From sequence record OZ195934.1: 64,000 nucleotides of DNA, one strand, 5' to 3'. Of the stretch, positions 53,265 through 62,367 are shown one piece after another; the first letter of the stretch is position 1, and the number at the start of each line of letters is the position of its first letter. The notes beneath the pieces are model-generated. The model ran no database searches and was not told the DNA's origin. It saw only the letters and a program-made list of their open reading frames with translations. A program made the translations under genes and the position numbers.

Positions 53265-54320
53265 TTATTTTACCATTTTGATTTCTATCTTGTTGGTCAT
53301 GTATGCCATTTTCTTTTCGAACTCGACATCATATTCTGGTCGATGTTCATACTCAACTGACAACATTTCTTTCAAGCAGCGATACAGCTCGTTCTTGTAG
53401 TACCCTTCTTTCATGCCTTGCATTTGCTTGTATTGCTTCTGCATAGCTTCTTTGATGATATCGGGGTGCATGAACTTGATTGACATTTCACGCGGTGCTT
53501 TCACAGTACCGAAATCAACGTACACTTGAGCCTTTTCTGCGACTTGAATGAAGTCGTAGATTGTGTCGTAGCTCATGCGCGATAGCGTGTGGTGCATACA
53601 CAAGTGTTTGCTGTGTGCTTTAAGAATCGGCACGTTAGCAAGCATCAAGTCGTGATCGATATTCTGGCGTATATATTCGTTGCGCTCTTTACCACCATCA
53701 CATGAGATTGTGAACACAATTCGTTCGCGGTATTCTTTACACACTGCAAGAATCTTTTTAGCCAAAGGAGTGTGCAGCACAGTTCCGTTTGTTAGAATGA
53801 ACACTTCTGCTTTAGTGTCTTCAAGCACTTCTTTCAGCACTTCAAGAGTACGCTTGTCCATGAACGGTTCACCGCCATACAGAACAACAGTTTCAACGCC
53901 TTTCGGGATGCTGAAGTCAAGCTGCTTGTAGTCGTATTCATCTTCTATGTCGTACAAGTCCATGTACGTCTTGCTGTTCTTGCCGAAACACATACGACAT
54001 GCAAGGTTACATTTGTTTGACATCAAGATTTGAATCGTTCGCGGGTGCTCTTCTAACGCTTCATATTCGAAGTATTTCTGGTCAGAAAGTTCACCGTAGC
54101 TCATACACTCTTTGCAGTATTCTGGTAACGTGTCGTAGTCGAACATGCGTTCGCGCACTTCATTGATGATATCAGAGTGCCACCAGTCTTCAACGTTCTT
54201 GAATGACTCACTTAGCTGAGAACAGCAAATGTGATAACCGTCTGGCTTCGCGTCGCGTGTGTTGAATGGAGAGCCGCACAGCGGCTTTCTCCCGTCTTTG
54301 AATCCGAACTTATCTAACAT
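53265..54320 (-). CDS. Radical SAM enzyme with N-terminal twitch/SPASM-like Fe-S domain (third paralog)
   Basis: CGSPF...ICC...CKEC, SNKCNLACRMC, YGGEPF, LTNGT, ISCDG. Confidence 0.9.
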   Translation of the reverse strand: MLDKFGFKDGRKPLCGSPFNTRDAKPDGYHICCSQLSESFKNVEDWWHSDIINEVRERMFDYDTLPEYCKECMSYGELSDQKYFEYEALEEHPRTIQILMSNKCNLACRMCFGKNSKTYMDLYDIEDEYDYKQLDFSIPKGVETVVLYGGEPFMDKRTLEVLKEVLEDTKAEVFILTNGTVLHTPLAKKILAVCKEYRERIVFTISCDGGKERNEYIRQNIDHDLMLANVPILKAHSKHLCMHHTLSRMSYDTIYDFIQVAEKAQVYVDFGTVKAPREMSIKFMHPDIIKEAMQKQYKQMQGMKEGYYKNELYRCLKEMLSVEYEHRPEYDVEFEKKMAYMTNKIEIKMVK

Positions 54321-54589
54321 TAGTTTAACTCATCTAGCAGTGATTGAAATTCTTCGTCACGCGCAGCATCAATTGTGCCATTCATGAGTGCTTCAAGAGC
54401 CGATAGAGATTGAATCTCTGGTGCTTTTGGTCGAAGATCTTCGAGAATGTGAATCAACGATTCTTGTGGTAAATCGTTATACACGATTTCGTCTGGTAAT
54501 TCGTGTTTGTAAACACAGCCATCACCCCAATCGATTACGACTGCGTGTTCCCATTTGTCAATTTCTAGTATTTTAAAGTTCGGTTTCAT
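54320..54589 (-). CDS. Small acidic hypothetical protein
   Basis: 89 aa, coupled between the GT4 and radical SAM genes. Confidence 0.7.
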   Translation of the reverse strand: MKPNFKILEIDKWEHAVVIDWGDGCVYKHELPDEIVYNDLPQESLIHILEDLRPKAPEIQSLSALEALMNGTIDAARDEEFQSLLDELN

Positions 54590-55595
54590 GTTTTAATCCC
54601 CAGAGTGTTTCCCACTGCTCTCTTGACTGAGCGCGGTACATTTCAATATTCAATTTTTCATGTGGTTTGTTGATAACTTCTTTAACGATGTTCGCCAAGT
54701 TACTATTGTTTATATCAGCGAATTGAACCGGAAATATGAAGTCGCGGGTATACGGCGCATCGTATTGCACAACGCACGGGATGTATTGACTCGCTTCTAA
54801 TATTGCATACGGCATGATCTCGATGTGAGACATGTGAAGCAAGCATTTACTCTTCATCATCGCAGCGATTACTTTCTCGCGTGGCTGACATACGTGAACT
54901 TTGCAGTCTAATCCAGGTGGGGGAGTAGTCGTTCCCGTGCTGTATACATGCACTGTAAGCCCGCTCTTAGCTAACGAGCGAAGCATTTCGGGTATTTGCT
55001 TACGTTTGTATGCGCCTGAAACAATAACTACGTCAGTCTCTTCAGCAGCGTCTAGTTCTTCTTGTGATATCGTGGGTAGTTCGAATGGCTCAAACGCAGT
55101 GACATGTTTGCCACCCATTAGATGATCGCCCCAATACTTGATGCCGTCAGATTGACATACGTTAGTCACGAGTCGTTCCATTCCCATCATTTGGCGCCAC
55201 TGTTCAAGATTGTACATTTTGTTGATGTCCATGTACTTCTTGTAACTCTCAGGTACGATCAAGTCGCCGAAGTGATGTTGGTTATAGCATTTGCGATTCG
55301 CTTCAATACAAGCGCGTAGAGCTTCAAATGAGTGCGTATAGATGATAGTGTCGTCATCTAGTGATTGTATAACCATCGCGTTTGCTTTGTAGTCATCAAA
55401 TGCGCGATTGGTAAGAACATGTTCGCAACCGAAGTCCCAGTATTTTGCATGAGGACAATATTTGTCACCAAGTACAATCACTTTGACATCGCAATTATAC
55501 GTCTTCATTAATCGGACGTGATCTTGAATGAATGTATAGATACCGCCACCGATACCTAGCATAAAATCAGTGACCACATAACGAACCTTTTTCAT
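54573..55595 (-). CDS. GT4-family (GT-B) glycosyltransferase
   Basis: GIGGGIY N-terminal Gly loop; SHIEIMPYAILEAS (Ex7E) motif. Confidence 0.85.
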   Translation of the reverse strand: MKKVRYVVTDFMLGIGGGIYTFIQDHVRLMKTYNCDVKVIVLGDKYCPHAKYWDFGCEHVLTNRAFDDYKANAMVIQSLDDDTIIYTHSFEALRACIEANRKCYNQHHFGDLIVPESYKKYMDINKMYNLEQWRQMMGMERLVTNVCQSDGIKYWGDHLMGGKHVTAFEPFELPTISQEELDAAEETDVVIVSGAYKRKQIPEMLRSLAKSGLTVHVYSTGTTTPPPGLDCKVHVCQPREKVIAAMMKSKCLLHMSHIEIMPYAILEASQYIPCVVQYDAPYTRDFIFPVQFADINNSNLANIVKEVINKPHEKLNIEMYRAQSREQWETLWGLKHETEL

Positions 55596-55664
55596 AAATT
55601 TGTTGACTCTCTGTTTGTTATTGTGTAAGCTCTATTTTAACGCAAGCAACATGGGAATTAAACA

Positions 55665-56346
55665 ATGCGAATTCTTTCGCAAGACCTTATTCGCTTACGC
55701 GTTGAAGAGTTACCGTTTGTTAGATTAGACGTTGACAAGCAGCGCAGAATATGCGAGTATTTAAACACGCTAGATGATGAAACAATCTATGCGCTTGAAG
55801 AACACACCGAAGATGCCGACGGCACTCGTAAAATTTTGAAATTCTTATTGAAGAAAATTGGAGAAAAATGATATGGCTTACGAATCAGTATTTAACGGAA
55901 CAAATCGTTACAAAGTTCTACGCGAGGGTCGCGAATACATCAACAAAGTAGCACACAGACACGGTGCAGTTGATAAAGGTATTTACGTGACTATTGACTA
56001 TCATGTAATTGACAGAATCATGGATCACGAATTCCCTGCTCGTGTATTCGAAGTCATCGTCGGTCGATTGATCAAAAATCACCAAGATGAGATCATGAAG
56101 CTTGCGAATATGTCAGACGACGAACGCCCGAAGCACATCAACGTGTACGGTAACAAGCCAGGCTCACCTTACATGGTTGGCGTGACAATCAACAAAGCAG
56201 CAACTGGTAAAGTTTACGTGAATCTGCGTACTTGTTACAAAGAACGCAACAGTAAATATCGTCAACGCATCATCGAAGCATACAAAATTCGTGTGAAGAC
56301 ATCTTCAGAGATTGAAGCTGAAAATGCAGTGATTGACGACTTCTAA
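55665..56346 (+). other. Two hypothetical ORFs (55665-55871, 55873-56346)
   Basis: Coupled ORFs; promoter TTGACT 55603 / TAAGCT 55626. Confidence 0.7.
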
Positions 56347-56367
56347 ATAGAAAACAATTTAAAAAGC

Positions 56368-56395
56368 ACTACCGTCCTCAATGGGCGGTAGTTTT
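56368..56395 (+). terminator. Rho-independent terminator
   Basis: ACTACCGTCC-TCAAT-GGGCGGTAGT-TTT. Confidence 0.75.
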
Positions 56396-56492
56396 CGTTT
56401 GAGTAAAATATAATGACAAAAATGTTTATTCACAGTCGTATTGATACGATAATGTGAAACATCAGAGAACAATAACAAACAGGGGAATATTG

Positions 56493-58739
56493 ATGCTTGT
56501 AGTAAAGTCTTCCGGTATAACGGAAGAGTATGAAGAAAGAAAGTTGATGCGCGTTCTATCAGATGCATGTGAGAACACGTCCATCGACCCACGACATCTT
56601 CTAGACCGTGTAAAAGCACAGCTTGTAGACGGTATGACGAGCAAAGACATTCAAAAGGCAGCAGTTAAAATCGCAGCCGATAGCATTACAGTAGAAGAGC
56701 CCGACTATCAATACGTCGCTGCTCGTCTCGCTATGTATGGTCTTCGCAAAGATGTATATGGTCAGTTCGACCCAATCCCATTCAAACAACTAATCGAAAA
56801 GAACACAGCAATCGACGTTTACGATCCTGAGATTCTAGAAAAATGGTCAGACGAAGAGCTGCGCATTCTAGAAACGAACGTGATTCATGAGCGCGACTTT
56901 GAATTCGCATACGCAGGCGTGATGCAGCTCAAAGAGAAATACTTGTGTAAAAACCGCGCAACTCAAGAAATTTACGAGTCGCCACAGTATGCTTACATGC
57001 TGATCGCGATGTGCTTGCACCAAGACGAGCCAACGAATCGTATTCAACACGTTATTGACTTCTATAACGCGGTAGCAACTCAGAAACTTTCATTACCAAC
57101 TCCGATTATGGCGGGTGTTCGTACACCAACACGTCAATTCAGCTCGTGTGTGAAAATCGAATCTGGTGATTCACTAGACTCAGTAAATGGCGTAGCTTCA
57201 GCAATCGTGAAGTACATCAGTAAACGTGCAGGTATCGGCGTGAACGGTGGACGTATTCGTGCTGAGGGTTCAGTCGTTCGTGCAGGTGAAATTCGTCACA
57301 CTGGCGTTATCCCATTCTGGAAGCACTTTCAAACAGCAGTGAAATGTTGTTCGCAAGGTGGCGTACGTGGTGGTGCTGCAACTCTAACTTACCCGTTGTG
57401 GCATTTAGAAGTTGAGAAACTACTTGTACTGAAGAACAACAAAGGCGTAGAAGAAAACCGTATTCGTCACCTAGATTACAGCGTATCGATTTCTCGATTG
57501 ATGCTTAAACGTCTAGTTGCTAACGATTACATCACGCTTTTCAGTCCAGATGAAGTTGGCGGTCAATTATACGAGACGTATCACACTGATCCAGACGAAT
57601 TTGAACGTCTGTACACGCAACTGGAAGCTGATTCAAGCATTCGTAAGAAGCGTATCAAAGCAAGTGAATTGTTCAGCATGTTCTCTCAAGAACGCGCATC
57701 AACTGGTCGTATCTACCCGATCTTTGTTGATAACTTGAACCAACAGTCTCCGTACAAAGAAGCGATCAAGCAATCGAACTTGTGTATGGAAATCGCATTG
57801 CCGACATACCCGCTTGAAGCTGACAAAGATGGCAACACTGACGGCACGGGCGAAATCGCTCTGTGTACTCTTGCTGCATACAACTTAGGTGCTATCGAAT
57901 CACCCGATGAGTTTAAGCAACTAGCAAGAATCGTTATTCGTGCGCTTGATAATCTACTTGATTACCAAGACTACCCTGTAGCTGAAGCGTTGAAAGCTAA
58001 GAAACGTCGCGCTCTAGGTGTTGGTATTACGAACTTTGCTTACTTCTTAGCGAAGAACTTTGTTGGTTACGATGATTCTGCGAAGTATCTTGTGCATGAG
58101 TGGATGGAAGCAATGTCTTTCTACAACATTCAAGCATCGATGGAACTTGCGATGGAACGCGGTGCTAACGATTGGCACAGTCGCACTAAGTGGGCTGACG
58201 GTCTAATGCCCGTTGATCGCTACAACAAAAACGTAGATAAACTAGTCAAACCAGTTTACAAACGTGATTGGGACTGGCTACGCGGTGAAGTTTTACGTCA
58301 CGGTATGCGTAACGATACGACTTCAGCATTCATGCCGTGTGAAAGTAGCTCACAAGTTTCAAACAGTACAAACGGCATTGAGCCGCCACGTGCTCTTGTA
58401 TCAACTAAACAGTCGAAAGACGGTCTGTTCAACCAAGTTGTTCCAGAAGTTGATTTATTAAAAGACGAATACGGTCTAGCATGGAAAGTGTGTGCGAAAG
58501 ACAACTACGGTTATCTTGCACTTGTAGCTATCATGCAGAAGTTTGTTGATCAGTCGATTTCGGCAAACACAAGTTACGACCCAGAACAATGGGACGATAA
58601 CAAGATTCGTATTGAACGACTGTTCGAAGAGCTGGCATATTGTAGTCACTACGGCATCAAGACTCTTTATTACTCAAACACCCGCGATGGTGCAGATGGT
58701 AACGAAGATGATGCAGATTGTGATGGTTGTAAAGTTTAA
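56493..58739 (+). CDS. nrdA: Ribonucleotide reductase class Ia alpha subunit
   Basis: N-terminal ATP cone, PTPIMAG...FSSC, SQGG.RGG, QSNLCMEI, C-terminal CDGCK; start after the GGGG RBS. Confidence 0.98.
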   Translation: MLVVKSSGITEEYEERKLMRVLSDACENTSIDPRHLLDRVKAQLVDGMTSKDIQKAAVKIAADSITVEEPDYQYVAARLAMYGLRKDVYGQFDPIPFKQLIEKNTAIDVYDPEILEKWSDEELRILETNVIHERDFEFAYAGVMQLKEKYLCKNRATQEIYESPQYAYMLIAMCLHQDEPTNRIQHVIDFYNAVATQKLSLPTPIMAGVRTPTRQFSSCVKIESGDSLDSVNGVASAIVKYISKRAGIGVNGGRIRAEGSVVRAGEIRHTGVIPFWKHFQTAVKCCSQGGVRGGAATLTYPLWHLEVEKLLVLKNNKGVEENRIRHLDYSVSISRLMLKRLVANDYITLFSPDEVGGQLYETYHTDPDEFERLYTQLEADSSIRKKRIKASELFSMFSQERASTGRIYPIFVDNLNQQSPYKEAIKQSNLCMEIALPTYPLEADKDGNTDGTGEIALCTLAAYNLGAIESPDEFKQLARIVIRALDNLLDYQDYPVAEALKAKKRRALGVGITNFAYFLAKNFVGYDDSAKYLVHEWMEAMSFYNIQASMELAMERGANDWHSRTKWADGLMPVDRYNKNVDKLVKPVYKRDWDWLRGEVLRHGMRNDTTSAFMPCESSSQVSNSTNGIEPPRALVSTKQSKDGLFNQVVPEVDLLKDEYGLAWKVCAKDNYGYLALVAIMQKFVDQSISANTSYDPEQWDDNKIRIERLFEELAYCSHYGIKTLYYSNTRDGADGNEDDADCDGCKV

Positions 58740-58748
58740 AGGTAGATA

Positions 58749-59870
58749 ATGAAAACGATTTTTAATACAGAAGTAGTTGCTCACTTAGAGCAACCGCTTT
58801 TCTTGGGCGAAGACCCAAACATTTCACGCTTCGAAACTACGAAGCACTCGGTATTCGAACAACTGACTGAAAAGCAGCTATCGTTTTTCTGGCGACCAGA
58901 AGAAGTTGACTTGACGCTTGACGCTCAAGAATTCGAACGTATGCCCGAGCACTGGAAGCACGTGTTCACGCAGAACTTGAAATACCAATCTCTGCTTGAT
59001 TCAGTACAAGGTCGTGCACCGACACTTGCGCTTCTACCGATTGTTAGTGACGTTTCTCTAGAGAACTGGATCACTACATGGGGTTTCAGTGAAACTATTC
59101 ACTCACGCTCATACACGCACATCATGCGTAACTTGTACGCGAACCCAAGTGAAATCTTCGACGAGATCATTCTTGACGACGCGATCATGAAGCGTGCGAA
59201 AGCAGTTACTGAATACTACGACCGATTGATGCGCGAAACGCATAAACTTGAGCAGCTTAAATCGATGCAACTCGACGAAGCAATCGTTCTTATGCAAGAA
59301 ACTGACGTGAAAGAAGCACTTTACTTGTGTATGCACGCAGTGAACGCGCTTGAAGCTATTCGTTTCTACGTTTCGTTTGCATGTACTTTCAACTTTGCCG
59401 AGCAAGGTATCATGGAAGGCAACGCGAAAGTAATGAAGCTGATCGCACGTGATGAGCAATTGCACTTGAAAGGTACTCAAGCTCTTATCTCATTGTGGCA
59501 GAACTACAAAGATGATCCAGAAATGGCTCGAATTTCTGAGGCTCTTCAATCAGAAGCTGAAGCAATTTTCATCGAAGTAGCTGAACAAGAGAAAGAATGG
59601 GCGAATAGTCTGTTCTCTAAAGGCACTGTACCCGGTCTTAATGCTGAAATTCTATGTACATACGTTGAATATCTAACGAATAGTCGCATGAATTCAGCGG
59701 GATTGAACTCACCATACCCGAAACACAAGCACCCATTACCGTGGATTAAGAAGTGGCTAAATAGTGATTCAGTACAAGTGGCAGCACAAGAAGCTGAATT
59801 GAGTTCGTACTTGGTTGGTCAGCTTGATTCAACAGTGCGCCCAGAATTCTTAGAAACGTTAGAGGTGTAA
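58749..59870 (+). CDS. nrdB: Ribonucleotide reductase class Ia beta subunit
   Basis: FFWRPEEVD, LDSVQGR, ETIHSRSY, LEAIRFYVSF, IARDEQLH. Confidence 0.98.
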   Translation: MKTIFNTEVVAHLEQPLFLGEDPNISRFETTKHSVFEQLTEKQLSFFWRPEEVDLTLDAQEFERMPEHWKHVFTQNLKYQSLLDSVQGRAPTLALLPIVSDVSLENWITTWGFSETIHSRSYTHIMRNLYANPSEIFDEIILDDAIMKRAKAVTEYYDRLMRETHKLEQLKSMQLDEAIVLMQETDVKEALYLCMHAVNALEAIRFYVSFACTFNFAEQGIMEGNAKVMKLIARDEQLHLKGTQALISLWQNYKDDPEMARISEALQSEAEAIFIEVAEQEKEWANSLFSKGTVPGLNAEILCTYVEYLTNSRMNSAGLNSPYPKHKHPLPWIKKWLNSDSVQVAAQEAELSSYLVGQLDSTVRPEFLETLEV

Positions 59871-59871
59871 T

Positions 59872-60168
59872 TTGTTGTTAGAAATATTTGGTTGGGATCC
59901 CGAAGACTTTCGTTGTGGCCCATGCTTGAAAGCAAAGCGTTTAGCAGAAACACGCGGTATGGTTTACGATTTCATTCCGCTTGCTAAAGAAAAAATCGAA
60001 GAGAATCACGCGCTAAATCGCGAAGAACTCGAAAAACGAATGGCAGAACACGCCATCGAGTTGAAAACTCTTCCGCAAATCTTCTTTGATGGTAAATTGA
60101 TTGGTGGCTTTGATGATTTCAAAGCGAAAATTCAAGCACTTGAAGAAGAACGATGGAATCGTATGTAA
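59872..60168 (+). CDS. nrdC: Glutaredoxin
   Basis: CGPC active site, TLPQIF.DG..IGGF; directly after nrdB. Confidence 0.92.
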   Translation: MLLEIFGWDPEDFRCGPCLKAKRLAETRGMVYDFIPLAKEKIEENHALNREELEKRMAEHAIELKTLPQIFFDGKLIGGFDDFKAKIQALEEERWNRM

Positions 60169-60182
60169 AATAATCAATAAAA

Positions 60183-60238
60183 GGGTTGACTTCGGTCAGC
60201 CCTTTTTTGTATCATTCAGGCTGAACACGGAGAATATT
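60183..60238 (+). promoter_or_regulatory. Fused terminator/promoter cassette
   Basis: GGGTTGAC-TTCG-GTCAGCCC-TTTTTT; TTGACT 60186-60191; TATCAT 60210-60215. Confidence 0.75.
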
Positions 60239-60793
60239 ATGAAACGCTTTTTAACTTTGATGCTTTTACTCGCGTCAACAACTGCAACTGCTTCACAGTG
60301 CGCGTACAGATCTGAATTCAACGACTACCAATGGGAAAACATTCGAACTGTTTACATTGCGGGTTGGTACACGGGATTCAAATGGTCACTCGCTGCTATA
60401 ACCATCGTTGAGACGAGCGCAGGGCTTGATAAAGAGAACGAACGCACGAAAGACTATGGATTGATGCAGAACAACATCAAGACCGCTAAGAAGCGTCTGA
60501 AAGCATGGCAAGACGCAGGTCGCGATTTCGGTGAGTACGACATCACGAAAGACGATGACGTGCGCAGATTGCTGCTTGAGAATCATGATATCTCTATCGC
60601 GCTTGCAGTCGAAGAGCTACGCTTTTGGAAGCGTGTTCGAAACGGTAATTGGCACGAAATCTATGCAAGCTATAATGGCGGCTATTACAAAGGTCAGTCG
60701 TGGGAGAATTGGTCTCTGCACTACACTGATAAAGTCATAACTGCTCTATCTAAAATACAACAATGTGAATCACTACTAAATCGAGGTCTATAA
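60239..60793 (+). CDS. Secreted lysozyme-like / SLT transglycosylase
   Basis: Signal peptide, AITIVETSAG (catalytic Glu), YGLMQ, YASYNGG. Confidence 0.8.
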   Translation: MKRFLTLMLLLASTTATASQCAYRSEFNDYQWENIRTVYIAGWYTGFKWSLAAITIVETSAGLDKENERTKDYGLMQNNIKTAKKRLKAWQDAGRDFGEYDITKDDDVRRLLLENHDISIALAVEELRFWKRVRNGNWHEIYASYNGGYYKGQSWENWSLHYTDKVITALSKIQQCESLLNRGL

Positions 60794-61234
60794 TGTCAGT
60801 TTATCTAATCGCAGCAAGCATCGTAATCGCTTTCCCGGCTCTTAAAGCTATCTTTTGTCTATTCAATTGGCACACGTGGGACTATAAGAAAGGCGGTCAT
60901 CGCGAATGTCGTTGGTGCAAGAAGTCGCAATCACGCGTACGTATTGGTAAAGATCAGGGGTGGCACTAATGGTTAATGCAGCAGAACGACTCAATCTAAT
61001 TGCATTGTGTAAAGACCGATGCACGTACAATCTAAAATATGCTTGTCATATGTTCGAAGAGCATGGCTTTGAATTCTATTGTATGGATAAGCCGCTCGTT
61101 GGCGATGAAATTAACAGCGTGACCTTTCTATACAAAGGCATCATGGCTCAGATTACGCCAAACACGTACTTCGGTTGTACAGTGAACATCTTGACCGATG
61201 AACATGGTATTTTAAAATAATTTGAATAAAGTGG

Positions 61235-61315
61235 TTTACAAGGTCTGCGGATGGCTGTAATATTCTCTACATCGAAACGAAACACACAAATCGACTACTA
61301 AAGAGAGAACATTAC
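61235..61315 (+). promoter_or_regulatory. sigma70-type promoter
   Basis: TTTACA 61235-61240, 17 bp, TAATAT 61258-61263, ATCGAAACG. Confidence 0.8.
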
Positions 61316-62320
61316 ATGCAAGCAATCATCACTAACGCACTTTACCGCAAAACAGAAATCAACGGCACATTCACTCTTATCGAAAAATGTTGGAATTCGT
61401 CTGACGCTGGTGAGAAGAACGGTCGTATGAAAATCATGTTAGACGGTGCTGTTCGCACGATTCGAGTGAACAAAGAAGATGTACAGTACGTTGATGAAGC
61501 TGACGCGTCTCAAACACCAGTAGCTGCACTAGCGCCTGTAGTTGTTCAAGAAACGACTGAAGAAATCGCAGACCGCATCATTGAAGCGTTCGACGCAATG
61601 GACATCTTCACGGTTGGTGCTATCGCAGGTCACGTTAAGTCACTTATCATTTCTGGCGCAGCAGGTGTTGGTAAAACATTCACTCTAGAGCGTGAACTAA
61701 AAGCAGCAGAAGCACGCGGTGACATCAACTTCAAGAAAGTAGCAGGTACTTGTTCTGGCATCGGTCTTTTCACTAAACTTTGGGAATGTCGCGGTCCAAA
61801 TGATGTTCTACTACTAGACGACGTAGACGTTTTCAAAGACGAAGATCAAATGAACACTCTAAAAGCTGCACTAGATACTGGCGAAGAGCGTTGGGTTTCT
61901 TGGGCAAAAGCAAGCTCTTACCTAGAAGAGCAAGGCATCGACAAAGAATTCTTGTTTGAAGGGACTGTAATCTTTATCTCAAACAAAGACTTTGACCGCG
62001 AACTAGCAGCGAACACTAAGCTTTCTCCACACTTCGAAGCTTTAATCTCGCGCTCAATCTACCTTGACCTTGGTGTTCACACTAAAGAAGAAATCATGGT
62101 ACGCATTAAGCAAGTAGTTTCTGCTTCAACTATGCTAGAAGATCTTGGTCTAGTTACTGAACAAATCGTAGACATGCTAACGTGGATCGAGTCTCACATC
62201 TTCGAATTGCGTTCACTTTCTCTTCGTACTTGTTTACACATCGCTGATATGATGTTAACCTCTCCTACGAAGTGGAAATCACTTGCTAAGATGACTATGC
62301 TTACAAAGAAGCGTAAATAG
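61316..62320 (+). CDS. AAA+ P-loop ATPase
   Basis: Walker A GAAGVGKT, Walker B LLLDDVD, sensor IFISN, ALISRS arginine finger. Confidence 0.85.
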   Translation: MQAIITNALYRKTEINGTFTLIEKCWNSSDAGEKNGRMKIMLDGAVRTIRVNKEDVQYVDEADASQTPVAALAPVVVQETTEEIADRIIEAFDAMDIFTVGAIAGHVKSLIISGAAGVGKTFTLERELKAAEARGDINFKKVAGTCSGIGLFTKLWECRGPNDVLLLDDVDVFKDEDQMNTLKAALDTGEERWVSWAKASSYLEEQGIDKEFLFEGTVIFISNKDFDRELAANTKLSPHFEALISRSIYLDLGVHTKEEIMVRIKQVVSASTMLEDLGLVTEQIVDMLTWIESHIFELRSLSLRTCLHIADMMLTSPTKWKSLAKMTMLTKKRK

Positions 62321-62331
62321 ATTTTTAAACT

Positions 62332-62350
62332 GGGGCTTTCGAGCCCCTTT
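62332..62350 (+). terminator. Rho-independent terminator
   Basis: GGGGCT-TTCG-AGCCCC-TTT. Confidence 0.7.
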
Positions 62351-62367
62351 GTCAACTGAGGAAAACG

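Noticed and set aside
56493-59870. Introns, inteins or homing endonucleases in nrdA/nrdB, as in some T4-like phages
   Set aside because: Both ORFs are continuous and of ordinary length, with no extra domain.
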